DNA of 64,000 bases from Candidatus Brocadiales bacterium (GTDB lineage: Bacteria; Planctomycetota; Brocadiia; Brocadiales; Bathyanammoxibiaceae): contig JBHIBD010000003.1 of the NCBI GenBank assembly GCA_046758865.1, positions 4,440 to 68,439 of the forward strand, in the 5' to 3' direction. Below the pieces are notes generated by a model, which did not search any database, was not told the DNA's origin, and saw only the letters and a list, made by a program, of their open reading frames with translations. The position numbers and the translations under genes are program-made. Below, in pieces: positions 9,461 to 20,128 of this stretch (position 1 is its first letter; every line of letters begins with the position of its first letter).

Positions 9461-11023
9461 TTACTTAAATTCACCTCTCTCAATTTCAACTAGACGGATA
9501 TTATTCTTTGCCCCCTGGTCGTCTCTCTGTACCACTTCCTTCTTTACCTGTTCTATGAGTTTGACCGCCGAGGGCTCAATCCTGTCCAGCAATATCTTCG
9601 GATACACACCAATAATAATCACAAAAATCGCAGGGATGGTGAGCGTAACAGTCTCCACTAAAGAAAGGTCCTGCCAGGGCCTGGCACGTTCAGGCGCCTG
9701 CTCGAACATCACCCTCCAAAACATCCACAGCAGATAGACCGCAGTAAGTACCATTACAAATGCGGCCAACGCACCATAAAGTACACTAACCTTGAAGGCG
9801 CCAACAAATATCAAAAACTCACCGACAAAGTTGCTCAGTCCGGGTAGACCCACAGAGGCGATGGTAAAGAACATAAAGAACCCTGCCAGCAGCGGCATGT
9901 CCTTCCACACGCCACCCAGTTGGGATATCTCCTTGGTCCCGCTCCTCTTGTGAATCATACCCACCACCATGAAGAGTCCCCCACTGCATAGGGCGATTGA
10001 GACCATCAACAGCACCGCACCATCTATACCCTGGACGTTAAAGACAAATATCCCAAGGATAATCAGCCCAACGTGGCTCACACTGGCATAAGCGATAAGC
10101 CTCTTCAAATCATCCTGCGCCGTTGCCAGCATAGCGCCGTAGAGATTGGCAATGAGGGCCAGTGCCACCACAACGGGCGCATAACTCGTAGAGAACTCAG
10201 GGAACAACGGCAACAGGAACCGCAAAAACGCATAGGCGCCAGTCTTTATAAGTAGCCCTGTAATATCCACAGCCCCCGCAATTGGCGCCTCGGCATGGGC
10301 ATCAGGAAGCCAGGTATGGAAGGGAAACAGTGGCGACTTTACGGAAAACGCCACAAAAAACGCCAGCGCCATGGGCAGTAAGGCGTGTGGTGGGATAGAC
10401 GTCCCGTAGAGTTTTATTATATCAAAGGTGTACTCACCCGACTGGGCATGATGGACGAAGTACAGGGCAAGTATGGCCACCAGCATAAGGAGGCTGGCAC
10501 CCATGGTGTAGATTATAAACTTCAGTGTGGCGTAGCGCCTGTTTATGCCCCCCCATATGCCCACAAGAAAGTACATTGGGATCAGCATGACCTCCCAGAA
10601 GACATAAAATAGCAGGAGGTCCAGAGCAAGAAATATCCCGACAAGACCTGCCTCTAAAAGGAGCAAGAAGCCGTAAAAGATGTCCTGCCGCCTTCCCCCC
10701 TGGTCCCACGAGCTAAGCATGGCCATGGGAACCATAAATGTGGTTATCAGCACCATAAAGAGACTTATCCCATCCACACCCAGGTGGTAACCTGCGCCCA
10801 GCTCAGGTATCCAGGACGCTCTCTCCACAAACTGCATCTCAGAGGATGTCGGGTCAAACGACCTGAAAAGGGCCACAGATAGCAGTAAATTTACCACACC
10901 CACCAAAAGAGCCAGGGCCTTGGGCAGGAAATCATTCCGCCAAGGTATAAAGAATATGGCTGCTGCTCCCAACACAGGGAGAAATATTAATGTCGAGAGA
11001 ATAGAACAGCCAAATACATCCAT
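9461..11023 (-). CDS. nuoM: NADH-quinone oxidoreductase subunit M
   Basis: 520-aa antiporter-like subunit with the HTWLPDAHAEAP motif. Confidence 0.9.
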   Translation of the reverse strand: MDVFGCSILSTLIFLPVLGAAAIFFIPWRNDFLPKALALLVGVVNLLLSVALFRSFDPTSSEMQFVERASWIPELGAGYHLGVDGISLFMVLITTFMVPMAMLSSWDQGGRRQDIFYGFLLLLEAGLVGIFLALDLLLFYVFWEVMLIPMYFLVGIWGGINRRYATLKFIIYTMGASLLMLVAILALYFVHHAQSGEYTFDIIKLYGTSIPPHALLPMALAFFVAFSVKSPLFPFHTWLPDAHAEAPIAGAVDITGLLIKTGAYAFLRFLLPLFPEFSTSYAPVVVALALIANLYGAMLATAQDDLKRLIAYASVSHVGLIILGIFVFNVQGIDGAVLLMVSIALCSGGLFMVVGMIHKRSGTKEISQLGGVWKDMPLLAGFFMFFTIASVGLPGLSNFVGEFLIFVGAFKVSVLYGALAAFVMVLTAVYLLWMFWRVMFEQAPERARPWQDLSLVETVTLTIPAIFVIIIGVYPKILLDRIEPSAVKLIEQVKKEVVQRDDQGAKNNIRLVEIERGEFK

Positions 11024-11035
11024 AGCTATACCAAC

Positions 11036-13018
11036 CTAGATAAAAAGGATTATTACTATTGCACCCAACACCATAACCGTCGCATACCAGCGCACGAACC
11101 CTAGCTGTAAACTCGGTACAATACTGCCACCACCCAGGAACGAACCCGCAACCCCCCTGACGGCATTATCTATCACAGAGTCATCCACTGCCATCCAGAA
11201 GAAGCTGGAGAGCCTCATATACGGGTCTATAAAAACCGCCTTATAGACCCTGTCGAAGTACCAGGCATTTGTGAGGAGACTGTAGCCCCGACTAAGCCTC
11301 TCACTCAGCATAGTCGGCATCTCTCTGCCACCAGGTGCTACATAAAAAAAGTAGGCCAGACCAACACCTCCGAAGGCCATCAGGGCCGAGACCAACATGA
11401 GAAGCATCTCCGGTGCCTCAGCACTACCTTCCACCGCTCCACCCTCAACAGCTTCGGTTCCACCCTCCACTGCTTCAGCCGTACCCTCCCCCAAAGATTC
11501 AAGCGTGCTGTGCGTCTCAGCACCGCCAAAGACCGGCGAAAGGAAGTTGCTTATATGGTCGCCACCACCAAGCACATGCGGAACACCCATGTACCCACCC
11601 GCAGTCGCCAGTGCGGCAAGCAGCACAAGGGGTATGACCATCACTTTCCCAGGATGGTGGAGGTGTACGTCCCATCTCTTTTCACCGAAAAAGGCCACAA
11701 ATATTATCCTGAATGTATAGAAGCCCGTCATACTCGCCGTAACGACAATAAGGGCCCACATCAAAAACCCACCGTTAACAAAGGTGGCATGGAGGATAGC
11801 GTCCTTGCTGAAGAACCCCGCAAGGCCCGGTATCCCAGACATGGCCAATGCACCGATGGTAAATGTGAAGAAGGTGGCAGGTATATACTGCTTGAGCGCA
11901 CCCATCTTCCTTATATCCATCTCATCATGTAGGGCATGTATAACGGCGCCAGAACCCAAAAACAGGAGGGCCTTAGAAAAGGAATGGGTAAGTAAGTGAA
12001 ATATGCCTGCTGCAGGGGCACCCATCCCCAAGGCCAGGAACATGTGCCCGAGCTGGCTCACGGTGGAGTAGGCCAATATCCTCTTTATATCCGTATGCAC
12101 CAGTGCCACCGTGGCAGAGATGAAGGCCGTCAGGAGGCCAATTATCCCAACCACCTGCAAGGAGAAGGGTGATAACTCAAAAATAGGGTAGCACCTGGCC
12201 ACCAGATATACGCCTGCCGTTACCATGGTAGCGGCGTGTATGAGTGCACTGACCGGTGTAGGTGCTTCCATGGCATCGGGTAGCCATGTATGTAGTGGCA
12301 CCTGAGCAGATTTCCCCACCGCCCCTGCGAAGATAAGGAGTGCTATCCACGTGGCCATGCTCGTGTCAATAACCTCTGCCGGATTCTCAAAGACGCTGTG
12401 GAAGTGTATGGTGCCAAACTGCACAAAGACCAGCATTATCCCCAGGGCAAAGAAGAAGTCACCAAAACGAGTAACCACAAATGCCTTTAGTCCTGCCTCT
12501 GCCGCGGTACGCCTCTCATACCAGAAGCTTATCAGGAAATACGAACAGAGACCAACACCCTCCCAGCCTATGTACAGAACCAAGAAATTACCCGCCAGCA
12601 CCAGGGTCAGCATGAAGAACACAAAGAGGTTCAGATAGAAGAAGTAGCGGGCAAAGCTCTCGTCCCTCTCCATGTAGCCAACGGAGTAGACGTGGATGAG
12701 GAAGCTCACCCCAGAGACCATGGTAATCATGGCCATAGAAAGCGGGTCTAACAGAAGGTCTATGGGCGCCAGGAAACTACCCGAGACTATCCACTGAAAT
12801 ACACAGAACTCTATCTGCCTCTCTTCTGGCGGTAGGCCAAGGAAGGCCCTGAAAATCAACACTGATAGTAAAAATGCTAGTCCAATGCTGGCACAGCCCA
12901 CTATGCTAACTGCAAAATTGCCTACCCTGGGACCTAAGAGGCAGTTGAAACCCGCCCCAAGGAGAGGTATGGCAGGCACAAGCCACAGGAGGTTAAAGAC
13001 CGCGTTGCCCTCTACCAC
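11036..13018 (-). CDS. nuoL: NADH-quinone oxidoreductase subunit L
   Basis: 660 aa with HTWLPDAMEAPTPVSALIHAATMV. Contains a low-complexity EAVEGG insert before the C-terminal helices. Confidence 0.9.
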   Translation of the reverse strand: MVEGNAVFNLLWLVPAIPLLGAGFNCLLGPRVGNFAVSIVGCASIGLAFLLSVLIFRAFLGLPPEERQIEFCVFQWIVSGSFLAPIDLLLDPLSMAMITMVSGVSFLIHVYSVGYMERDESFARYFFYLNLFVFFMLTLVLAGNFLVLYIGWEGVGLCSYFLISFWYERRTAAEAGLKAFVVTRFGDFFFALGIMLVFVQFGTIHFHSVFENPAEVIDTSMATWIALLIFAGAVGKSAQVPLHTWLPDAMEAPTPVSALIHAATMVTAGVYLVARCYPIFELSPFSLQVVGIIGLLTAFISATVALVHTDIKRILAYSTVSQLGHMFLALGMGAPAAGIFHLLTHSFSKALLFLGSGAVIHALHDEMDIRKMGALKQYIPATFFTFTIGALAMSGIPGLAGFFSKDAILHATFVNGGFLMWALIVVTASMTGFYTFRIIFVAFFGEKRWDVHLHHPGKVMVIPLVLLAALATAGGYMGVPHVLGGGDHISNFLSPVFGGAETHSTLESLGEGTAEAVEGGTEAVEGGAVEGSAEAPEMLLMLVSALMAFGGVGLAYFFYVAPGGREMPTMLSERLSRGYSLLTNAWYFDRVYKAVFIDPYMRLSSFFWMAVDDSVIDNAVRGVAGSFLGGGSIVPSLQLGFVRWYATVMVLGAIVIILFI

Positions 13019-13350
13019 TTAAGCACCTCCATCTCGTCCGCATCTAGGGTGGCCCTGTTTCTGTACACGAGCAGTATAATAGAAAGGCCTACTGCTATCT
13101 CCACCGCAGCTACAACCATCGCAAAGAGCACAAAGACCTGCCCCTCAAGAGAGCCTAGTTGCCTGCAAAAGGCAACGAAGGTAACGCCTGCACCATTTAT
13201 CATGAGCTCTATGCACATAAGGAGCACTATGACGTTGCTCCTCACCAGAAAACCCAACACACCTATACTAAATAAAATTGCACCCAGTACTAGATAATGG
13301 GACGGCGTAACTGCTACAAGAATTTGCGTAATATTCTCAGCCGGTGACAA
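13012..13350 (-). CDS. nuoK: NADH-quinone oxidoreductase subunit K
   Basis: Roughly 100-aa three-TM protein in the expected operon position. The TTG start is uncertain. Confidence 0.85.
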   Translation of the reverse strand: MSPAENITQILVAVTPSHYLVLGAILFSIGVLGFLVRSNVIVLLMCIELMINGAGVTFVAFCRQLGSLEGQVFVLFAMVVAAVEIAVGLSIILLVYRNRATLDADEMEVLKW

Positions 13351-13368
13351 CTATTCACTCCTTTAAAT

Positions 13369-13857
13369 TTAACGCTTCCCAGCAAGCATTACCGCCCCCG
13401 CCACAGCAACCAGTAAGAGAACAGACGCAAGCTCAAGGGGGACCAGATACTGGGTATAGAGGATACCTCCAATAGACTTAATACTGCCGAAATCCGCCGG
13501 AATCGATACATTCTCAAAACAGCCACAAGTAAATAACGATACAAGCATCCCTGCGAAGATTATCGCCACAAGCACTCCAAGTATCCCAAAAAGGTCGGGG
13601 CGGAGTCGCCTTGGCTCTATTCCTTCAAACCTGAGCATCATCACGGCAAATAGCAAAAGGACCACGATAGCGCCTGCATACAGGATTACCTGCACAATTG
13701 CCAGAAACGGCGCACTCAACATGGCGTATATCCAGGCAACGCTCAAGAGCGTGACTATCAAGGACAGTACACTGTACATGACCTCCCTTTGCAGCACTAC
13801 CGACCCCGCAGAGATGACCGCTACGGCAAACGCTATGTAGAAAAATAACTGTTCCAT
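13369..13857 (-). CDS. nuoJ: NADH-quinone oxidoreductase subunit J
   Basis: 162-aa membrane protein in the expected operon position. Confidence 0.85.
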   Translation of the reverse strand: MEQLFFYIAFAVAVISAGSVVLQREVMYSVLSLIVTLLSVAWIYAMLSAPFLAIVQVILYAGAIVVLLLFAVMMLRFEGIEPRRLRPDLFGILGVLVAIIFAGMLVSLFTCGCFENVSIPADFGSIKSIGGILYTQYLVPLELASVLLLVAVAGAVMLAGKR

Positions 13858-13871
13858 GAGTTAGTGGTCCA

Positions 13872-14447
13872 TTAAAGCCCTAGGGGGTTTACCTTTGGTG
13901 CACCCCCACTGGGTGGGTTCAGACTTCGCTGGTAGCCGGGCAGCGGGGCCTCCCTTGTCAGGGTCTCTTTATCATATTTTAGGTCCTCCCGGCTGTAGCC
14001 AGCCTCGGGGAGCTTTCCGGTGTCCATATAGATAGCGTCCACTGGACAGGCCTCCTCGCACATTCCGCACCAGCAGCACCTGTTTATGTCTATCTCAAAG
14101 CTCTCCGGGTATTTTTCAATCTTCGGGTCCTCATGCTCCTCCGCCACTATGTGTATGCACTGCACAGGACACACCGTCTCGCACAGCATACAGGCCACAC
14201 ACCTGGTCGAACCGTCCGGCCTCGTGTTTAGCCTGTGCCTTCCCCTCCATGTCTTCGACATAGGGATTTTCTGCTCAGGATACTGTATGGTCACCGCCGC
14301 AGCCACTTCCTGCCGAAGGCCGAAAAGGTGGGCTATGTGAAAATACATGTTATATGCAAAGTGGCGTGCTGTTATGGTCAGCCCTCTTATTATCTCAAAC
14401 AGGTACAGACTCTCCAGAAAGCTTAACTTTTCTCCTACTATCTTCAC
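13872..14447 (-). CDS. nuoI: NADH-quinone oxidoreductase subunit I
   Basis: CVACMLCETVCP and CCWCGMCEEACP (2x 4Fe-4S). Confidence 0.9.
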   Translation of the reverse strand: MKIVGEKLSFLESLYLFEIIRGLTITARHFAYNMYFHIAHLFGLRQEVAAAVTIQYPEQKIPMSKTWRGRHRLNTRPDGSTRCVACMLCETVCPVQCIHIVAEEHEDPKIEKYPESFEIDINRCCWCGMCEEACPVDAIYMDTGKLPEAGYSREDLKYDKETLTREAPLPGYQRSLNPPSGGAPKVNPLGL

Positions 14448-14458
14448 CTCTTGTCCCC

Positions 14459-15538
14459 CTAGAAAATAATCAGCAGAAAACCGGTTAATACCACATTAAC
14501 CAGGGCCAGCGGGAGGAGAAACTTCCAGCCAAAATCCATGAGCTGGTCATACCTAAACCTGGGTAGGGTCCATCTGATTAACAACATGAGCCAGCAGAAG
14601 AAGATTACCTTCAGGCCAAATGCCAGCACCTGGAGGAGCACCACCAATACATGGGGCAATGGTATTGTGAATAGGCCTGGTACAAACAACCCCTTATCAC
14701 TCAAAAACGGGACCTGCCACCCACCGAAGTAAAGTGCGGTCACAACTCCAGCTACGGCAATTATCTCTATAAATTCGGCCATCCAGAAGGCACCAAACTT
14801 CATGCCGCTGTATTCCGTAAAATAGCCAATTATTTCCGACTCACTCTCTGGCAGGTCAAAGGGTGTGCGTTTGGTCTCCGCCACGGCTGCAGCAAAAAAG
14901 ATCAAGAAACCAAGGGGTTGTGCCACTACGCCCCAGTAAGGAATAATGCCCAGTACATACTGGCCCTGCGCCCTTGCAATGTCGTCAAGCTCGATAGAAC
15001 CGTAGGCCATTATCACACCCACGATGGAGAGTGCCAGGGCCAGCTCATACGAGATGACCTGTGCCGCCGCCCTCATACCACCCAGAAGCGAATACTTATT
15101 ATCCGAAGACCACCCGGCCAAGATGACACTGTATATGCCCAGTGACCCAAAGGCCAAGACGAAGAGCACACCCACATTGAGGTCGGCTATCTGAAGCTGG
15201 ATGTGAAGACCCCCAGCATGCAGGGTATCTCCAAAGGGGATGACGGCAAATACAATAAGGGCCGTAAAGAGGGAGAGAAAAGGTGCCAGGGTGTGTAGAA
15301 ACGGATTTCCGCCTGGGGGTATCCAATCCTCCTTGGTCAACATCTTTATGGTATCGGCAATGGGGTGAAACAGCCCGATGACCCTGAAGCCGAGGATATC
15401 TGCACGGTTTGCACCTATGCGGTCTTGCATCACTGCGCTCTGTTTCCTCTCGGCCCAGCTCATTATTGCGGCCACGTTTAGCACAAAACCAAAGACTATG
15501 GCAATCTTCAATAATATTATTACTACGTCCTGGAGCAC
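14459..15538 (-). CDS. nuoH: NADH-quinone oxidoreductase subunit H
   Basis: 359-aa ND1-type membrane subunit with MQDRIGANR and AETKRTPFDLPESESE. Confidence 0.9.
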   Translation of the reverse strand: MLQDVVIILLKIAIVFGFVLNVAAIMSWAERKQSAVMQDRIGANRADILGFRVIGLFHPIADTIKMLTKEDWIPPGGNPFLHTLAPFLSLFTALIVFAVIPFGDTLHAGGLHIQLQIADLNVGVLFVLAFGSLGIYSVILAGWSSDNKYSLLGGMRAAAQVISYELALALSIVGVIMAYGSIELDDIARAQGQYVLGIIPYWGVVAQPLGFLIFFAAAVAETKRTPFDLPESESEIIGYFTEYSGMKFGAFWMAEFIEIIAVAGVVTALYFGGWQVPFLSDKGLFVPGLFTIPLPHVLVVLLQVLAFGLKVIFFCWLMLLIRWTLPRFRYDQLMDFGWKFLLPLALVNVVLTGFLLIIF

Positions 15539-15544
15539 TTTTCT

Positions 15545-17164
15545 TTATTTCCCTGATATTGCCAGCTTTACACCCTTGTCTCCCAGCTTGTCATAACTCA
15601 AGCCGGAGAAGCCAGCCACTTCTCTAGAAATATCATTAAATACGGCCTCGGCCCTTTCGTAAGGTAATGAATGGCTCATGAGACGTGACAATTTTGTTAT
15701 GATTTCCCAGTCCGGGAGAGACTCGCCTAAGGGTTTTAGGGCCCTGTTTATCCTCTGTACACGTGCCTCGAAGTTGGTAAAGGTGCCGTCCTTCTCTACA
15801 AAGGTGGCGCTAGGAAGGATTACGTGGGAAAATTTACACGCATAGTTAAAGTTGGCCCCCTGGAAGACCACCAATTCGGCACGTGAGAGGCTGTCCTTTA
15901 CCCTCTCTTCACCAAGGAGCTTTGCCAAGTCACCACCTACTATATACAGGGCCTTCACTTCTCCCTTAGCCACCTTATCTATTATCTCCTCAGCCTTCGC
16001 CCCCATACCGCTAAGCCCTAGGAGCTCGGCACCCTTGGAGTTGGGGTTCCTGTCCGCCATTAACAACAAGTGGTCCGCTTCCTCCTTGTCCCACCCCGGT
16101 AGCTTAAAATCAATGTTGGTAATACGAAGCCCTTCGTGAAAGAGTTTCTTCACTGCATACAAGTCTTCGTTGGTAAGCTGAGGTGAAGGGATAACCCCGA
16201 TGGCGGATGGTCCGTACCTCTCAAAAATTGCCCCTAGCCCTCGGGCCACCTCGCCCAGGGCAGTATCCCAATCCGTCCCCAGAAAATCACCGCCTCTTCT
16301 TATGGAAGGTATACTTAACCTGTCGAAGGCATCTAGAAAATGGTAGCCATAGCGCCCCACGTCGCACATCCATATTTGATTAACTTCGTCATTCTCTCGG
16401 GGCACGAGCCGATAGACCCTGCGTTTCGTCTTCTCGATGGACCTGTCACTCGAATGTACCTGCACATTGCATCCCCTGGCGCATCCGGGGCATACGGAAT
16501 CTGCCTTACAGAGGAACCATGGCCTGCATTTAAAGCGGAAATCCTTGGCCGTAAGTGCACCCACCGGGCAAACGTCTGTGAGGTTACCCTGGTAGTTGCT
16601 CTCCAGGGGCTTGCCATGGAAGGTGCCTACCTCAGAGTGGTCTCCCCTGTTGAATATGCCCAGCTCCTCCTTCCCCACTATCTCACTACAGAACCTCACG
16701 CACCTGCCGCAGGTAACGCACCTTTCTACATCGAGAACAATCTTCGAGCCCAGGTCAACCACCTTGGGCTTGTGCACCTTGCCGTCTTCGGGCTTTAGCC
16801 GACTGGTGTGGAGGCTGAATTTGAAATAGTTGTCCTGAAGCATGCACTCTCCGGCCTTGTCGCAGATGGGACAGTCCAGGGGGTGGTTCAGGAGAAGAAA
16901 CTCCAATACACCTTTTCTGGCCTCCCGCACCTTCGGTGAGTTGGTGAACACAACCATGTCATCTCTCACTGCGTTAGAGCACGAGGTTATGAGCTTTGGC
17001 GCACCCCGGACCTCTACCAGACACATCCTGCAGGCGTCCACAACGGTCAGCCTCGGGTGGTAACAGAAGTGCGGTATCTCAATACCTACCTGCTTTGCCG
17101 CATTCAGGATAGATGTTTTCGGGGGAACCTCTATCTTTTGGTCATCTATGGTAACGGTAGGCAT
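15545..17164 (-). CDS. nuoG: NADH-quinone oxidoreductase subunit G (short form, 539 aa)
   Basis: N-terminal 2Fe-2S Cys cluster, then HPLDCPICDKAGEC and CVTCGRCVRFC, followed by a molybdopterin-like domain. Confidence 0.85.
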   Translation of the reverse strand: MPTVTIDDQKIEVPPKTSILNAAKQVGIEIPHFCYHPRLTVVDACRMCLVEVRGAPKLITSCSNAVRDDMVVFTNSPKVREARKGVLEFLLLNHPLDCPICDKAGECMLQDNYFKFSLHTSRLKPEDGKVHKPKVVDLGSKIVLDVERCVTCGRCVRFCSEIVGKEELGIFNRGDHSEVGTFHGKPLESNYQGNLTDVCPVGALTAKDFRFKCRPWFLCKADSVCPGCARGCNVQVHSSDRSIEKTKRRVYRLVPRENDEVNQIWMCDVGRYGYHFLDAFDRLSIPSIRRGGDFLGTDWDTALGEVARGLGAIFERYGPSAIGVIPSPQLTNEDLYAVKKLFHEGLRITNIDFKLPGWDKEEADHLLLMADRNPNSKGAELLGLSGMGAKAEEIIDKVAKGEVKALYIVGGDLAKLLGEERVKDSLSRAELVVFQGANFNYACKFSHVILPSATFVEKDGTFTNFEARVQRINRALKPLGESLPDWEIITKLSRLMSHSLPYERAEAVFNDISREVAGFSGLSYDKLGDKGVKLAISGK

Positions 17165-17170
17165 ATATAG

Positions 17171-18424
17171 TTAGCCCTTCCTTATGTAATCTTCAAACTC
17201 AGACCTGAACTTTGTAATAAAGCTTGTCACCGGACCCACCGCAGCTTCACCAAGCGGACACAGGGTCTTGCCCCTTATGTTGTTTGCAATACTTACCAGG
17301 GTATCAAGGTCCGCAATCTCTCCCTCACCCCTCTCTATCCGGGTTATTATCCTGGCCATCCAACCCGTACCCTCCCGACAAGGGGTGCACTTGCCGCAGG
17401 ACTCGTGGGCATAAAACTTTATAAGCACCCTCAGGGCCTTTACCATGTCTGTATCCTCGTCCATGACGATAATGGCCCCGGACCCAAGCATGGTCTTTAT
17501 GGCTGCAAGGGAATTGAAATCCATCTTGACATCTATCTCGTCGGCCTTCAGTACCGGCGCCGATGACCCGCCGGGTATCACGGCCTTGAGGTTCTTGTCT
17601 CCCCTTATGCCACCCGCATGCTTGTATATAATCTCCCTAAGAGGTGTCCCCAGGGGTAGTTCATAGACACCGGGCTTCTTCACATGCCCGCTTACTGGAT
17701 AGAGCTTTACTCCTCCACCAACATCGGGTGCACCGAGGTTGTTAAACCACTCGCCTCCCTTATTTACTATGTGGGGTATGGCCGCCACGGTTTCCACGTT
17801 ATTTATAACGGTAGGGCCCTGAAATGCACCGACTATGGCCGGAAACGGTGGTTTCATCCTGGGCTGACCCTTTTTGCCCTCTAAAGACTCAAGTAAACCT
17901 GTCTCCTCACCACATATATATGCCCCAGCCCCGCGGTGCACAACCATATCCAGGTCAAAGTCTGTACCCAGGATATTCTTGCCCAAATATCTCATGGCAT
18001 AGGCATCGTCTATTGCACTCTGCAGCCTTTCAATACACTTTACGTACTCGCCGCGGACGTAGATAAATGCGCTGTGGATGCCAACGGCATAAGAGGTAAT
18101 GATCGAGCCCTCTATAACTGCGTGCGGGTCTTGTTCCATCAGGGGCCTGTCCTTGAAGGTGCCCGGCTCGCCCTCATCGGCGTTTACAGTAAGATACTTG
18201 GGCCTGGGAGCCTCCTTGGGAATAAAACTCCACTTCTTGCCCGTTGGAAAGCCAGCGCCGCCCCTGCCCCGAAGGCCTGACTTATTCACCTCTTCGACGA
18301 TTTGCTCGGGCTTCATCTCCATAAGGGCCTTCTTCAGCGCCTTATAGCCACCCCCGCGCTCGTACACCCCTATGGTGTGTGAGTTCCTCTTACCAAAATT
18401 CTTTGTCAGGATGCCCTTGGCCAT
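17171..18424 (-). CDS. nuoF: NADH-quinone oxidoreductase subunit F
   Basis: GRGGAGFPTGKKW, GAGAYICGEETGLLESLEG and ESCGKCTPCREG. Confidence 0.92.
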   Translation of the reverse strand: MAKGILTKNFGKRNSHTIGVYERGGGYKALKKALMEMKPEQIVEEVNKSGLRGRGGAGFPTGKKWSFIPKEAPRPKYLTVNADEGEPGTFKDRPLMEQDPHAVIEGSIITSYAVGIHSAFIYVRGEYVKCIERLQSAIDDAYAMRYLGKNILGTDFDLDMVVHRGAGAYICGEETGLLESLEGKKGQPRMKPPFPAIVGAFQGPTVINNVETVAAIPHIVNKGGEWFNNLGAPDVGGGVKLYPVSGHVKKPGVYELPLGTPLREIIYKHAGGIRGDKNLKAVIPGGSSAPVLKADEIDVKMDFNSLAAIKTMLGSGAIIVMDEDTDMVKALRVLIKFYAHESCGKCTPCREGTGWMARIITRIERGEGEIADLDTLVSIANNIRGKTLCPLGEAAVGPVTSFITKFRSEFEDYIRKG

Positions 18425-18426
18425 GG

Positions 18427-18924
18427 TTATTTAAGTAAATCAAGTATCTTATCTATGGATTCCTCGGTGAGATTCTCGTGGAAATCATCGTTTATCTGCA
18501 TCGCGGGGGCAGTACCACAGTGCCCCAGGCACTCTACCGCAGACAGTGTAAACTTCCCATCCGGGGTGGTCTCCCCGGGGTTAACATTCAACTTCTTCTT
18601 TAGATACTCTAACAGGTCTTCCGCCCCCAGGAGCGAGCAACTTATGTTGGTGCAGAGCTGGAGATGATACGTGCCCAGTGGTTTCGGAGTATACATGGTA
18701 TAAAAGCTGAGCACCTCATTGACCCTCACCGGAGATACACCAACAAGCCTAGCCACATACTCCTCCACCTCGGGCGTAATAGCAGAAAACTCCTGTTGTG
18801 CCAACCATAGAGCGGGTAGTAATGCCGCACCCTTTTCAGGGTACTTGGCCTGTATCGCCTTAAACTTTTCCTTGGTCTTGGGAGAGAATTCTACCATTTT
18901 CCATATCTCATCTATCGCACTCAC
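18427..18924 (-). CDS. nuoE: NADH-quinone oxidoreductase subunit E
   Basis: Thioredoxin-like 2Fe-2S subunit (LQLCTNISC...VECLGHCGTAP). Start is GTG at 18924 or ATG at 18897. Confidence 0.88.
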   Translation of the reverse strand: MSAIDEIWKMVEFSPKTKEKFKAIQAKYPEKGAALLPALWLAQQEFSAITPEVEEYVARLVGVSPVRVNEVLSFYTMYTPKPLGTYHLQLCTNISCSLLGAEDLLEYLKKKLNVNPGETTPDGKFTLSAVECLGHCGTAPAMQINDDFHENLTEESIDKILDLLK

Positions 18925-20116
18925 CGCCTATCATGTTTACTGAGCCAAAGGTGGGAACTATGTCCGCTATCATGCCCCCCTCTATCATTCTTGACAAACC
19001 TGACATAATACAAAAGGACGGGGGCCTGCACCTCATCCTGTATGGCTTGCCTGTGCCATCGCTCACGATATAGAAACCCAACTCCCCGTTGGCCCCCTCA
19101 ACCGCCTGATAGACCTCACCCTCGGGAGGGCAGATACCGTGTCCGTCCATAAACAGCTTAAAATGGTTTATCAGGGCCTCCATATTGCTGTAGACCTCTT
19201 TCTTGTCCGGGAAGGTTATCCTTTTATCCGCCACCTTTATCGGACCAGACGGTATTTTGGCCAGGGCCTGTTCGATAATCCTCATACTCTGCTGCATCTC
19301 CTCCATGCGACAGAGGTAGCGGTCGTAGTTGTCCCCGTTGGTGCCGACAGGCACGTCAAAATCCATCTGTCCATACACCATATAGGGCTGGGCCTTCCTT
19401 ACGTCATAGGGCACGCCCGTTGAGCGGAGGCAAGGCCCGGTAAACCCATATGATACGGCCTCGTCAGTGGTTATGGCACCCACCCCTTTCACCCTGTCCA
19501 CAAATATCCGGTTCTTTGTGAGGAGCCCGTGTATCTCTTTTAGCACGTCCCTGGTCAACTTGATGGCATTCATCGCCTTGCCGCTGAAATCCCCAGGGAG
19601 GTCATTCTTTACCCCCCCTATTCTTACATAGCTGGGGGTCACCCCCCTGCCTCCCGATGCATCTTCTATCAGCTTCCATAGCTCCTCCCTGGCCTTTATC
19701 ATATAGAGAAACGCAGTAAGTGCACCCAACTCCATTGCCGAGGCGGCTACACAAGTGAGGTGGTCGGTTATGCGGGATATTTCACTCATTATGGTGCGTA
19801 TGTATTTGCACCGCTCGGGCACCTCAACACCAAAAAGCTTCTCTACGGCCATGGCGTAGCCAAAATTATTTATCAGGGGTGACACGTAGTTTAACCTATC
19901 AGTATAGATTATGGCCTGATGATAGGTGCGGTTCTCACACATCTTTTCAAAGCCCCTGTGCAAGTATCCGATATTTACATCGGTGCGTACCACCGTCTCC
20001 CCGTCCAGTTCGAGGAACATCCTTACGGTGCCATGCATGGCGGGATGAGAGGGGCCCATGTGTAGGGTCGTCTCTTTGGTGTGGATTTCCTTGGCTAGTG
20101 TGCTCATCTTTTCCAT
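18908..20116 (-). CDS. nuoD: NADH-quinone oxidoreductase subunit D
   Basis: 402-aa 49-kDa subunit with LHMGPSHPAMHG and a C-terminal ...GECDR. Confidence 0.92.
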   Translation of the reverse strand: MEKMSTLAKEIHTKETTLHMGPSHPAMHGTVRMFLELDGETVVRTDVNIGYLHRGFEKMCENRTYHQAIIYTDRLNYVSPLINNFGYAMAVEKLFGVEVPERCKYIRTIMSEISRITDHLTCVAASAMELGALTAFLYMIKAREELWKLIEDASGGRGVTPSYVRIGGVKNDLPGDFSGKAMNAIKLTRDVLKEIHGLLTKNRIFVDRVKGVGAITTDEAVSYGFTGPCLRSTGVPYDVRKAQPYMVYGQMDFDVPVGTNGDNYDRYLCRMEEMQQSMRIIEQALAKIPSGPIKVADKRITFPDKKEVYSNMEALINHFKLFMDGHGICPPEGEVYQAVEGANGELGFYIVSDGTGKPYRMRCRPPSFCIMSGLSRMIEGGMIADIVPTFGSVNMIGGECDR

Positions 20117-20128
20117 GAAAATCTACGC

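Noticed and set aside
15545-17164. The short NuoG (539 aa) considered as a truncated pseudogene.
   Set aside because: The ORF is intact with all N-terminal Fe-S motifs. It is separated from nuoF and nuoH by only 6 bp each, so no DNA for a missing C-terminal domain exists. It is more likely a naturally short form.
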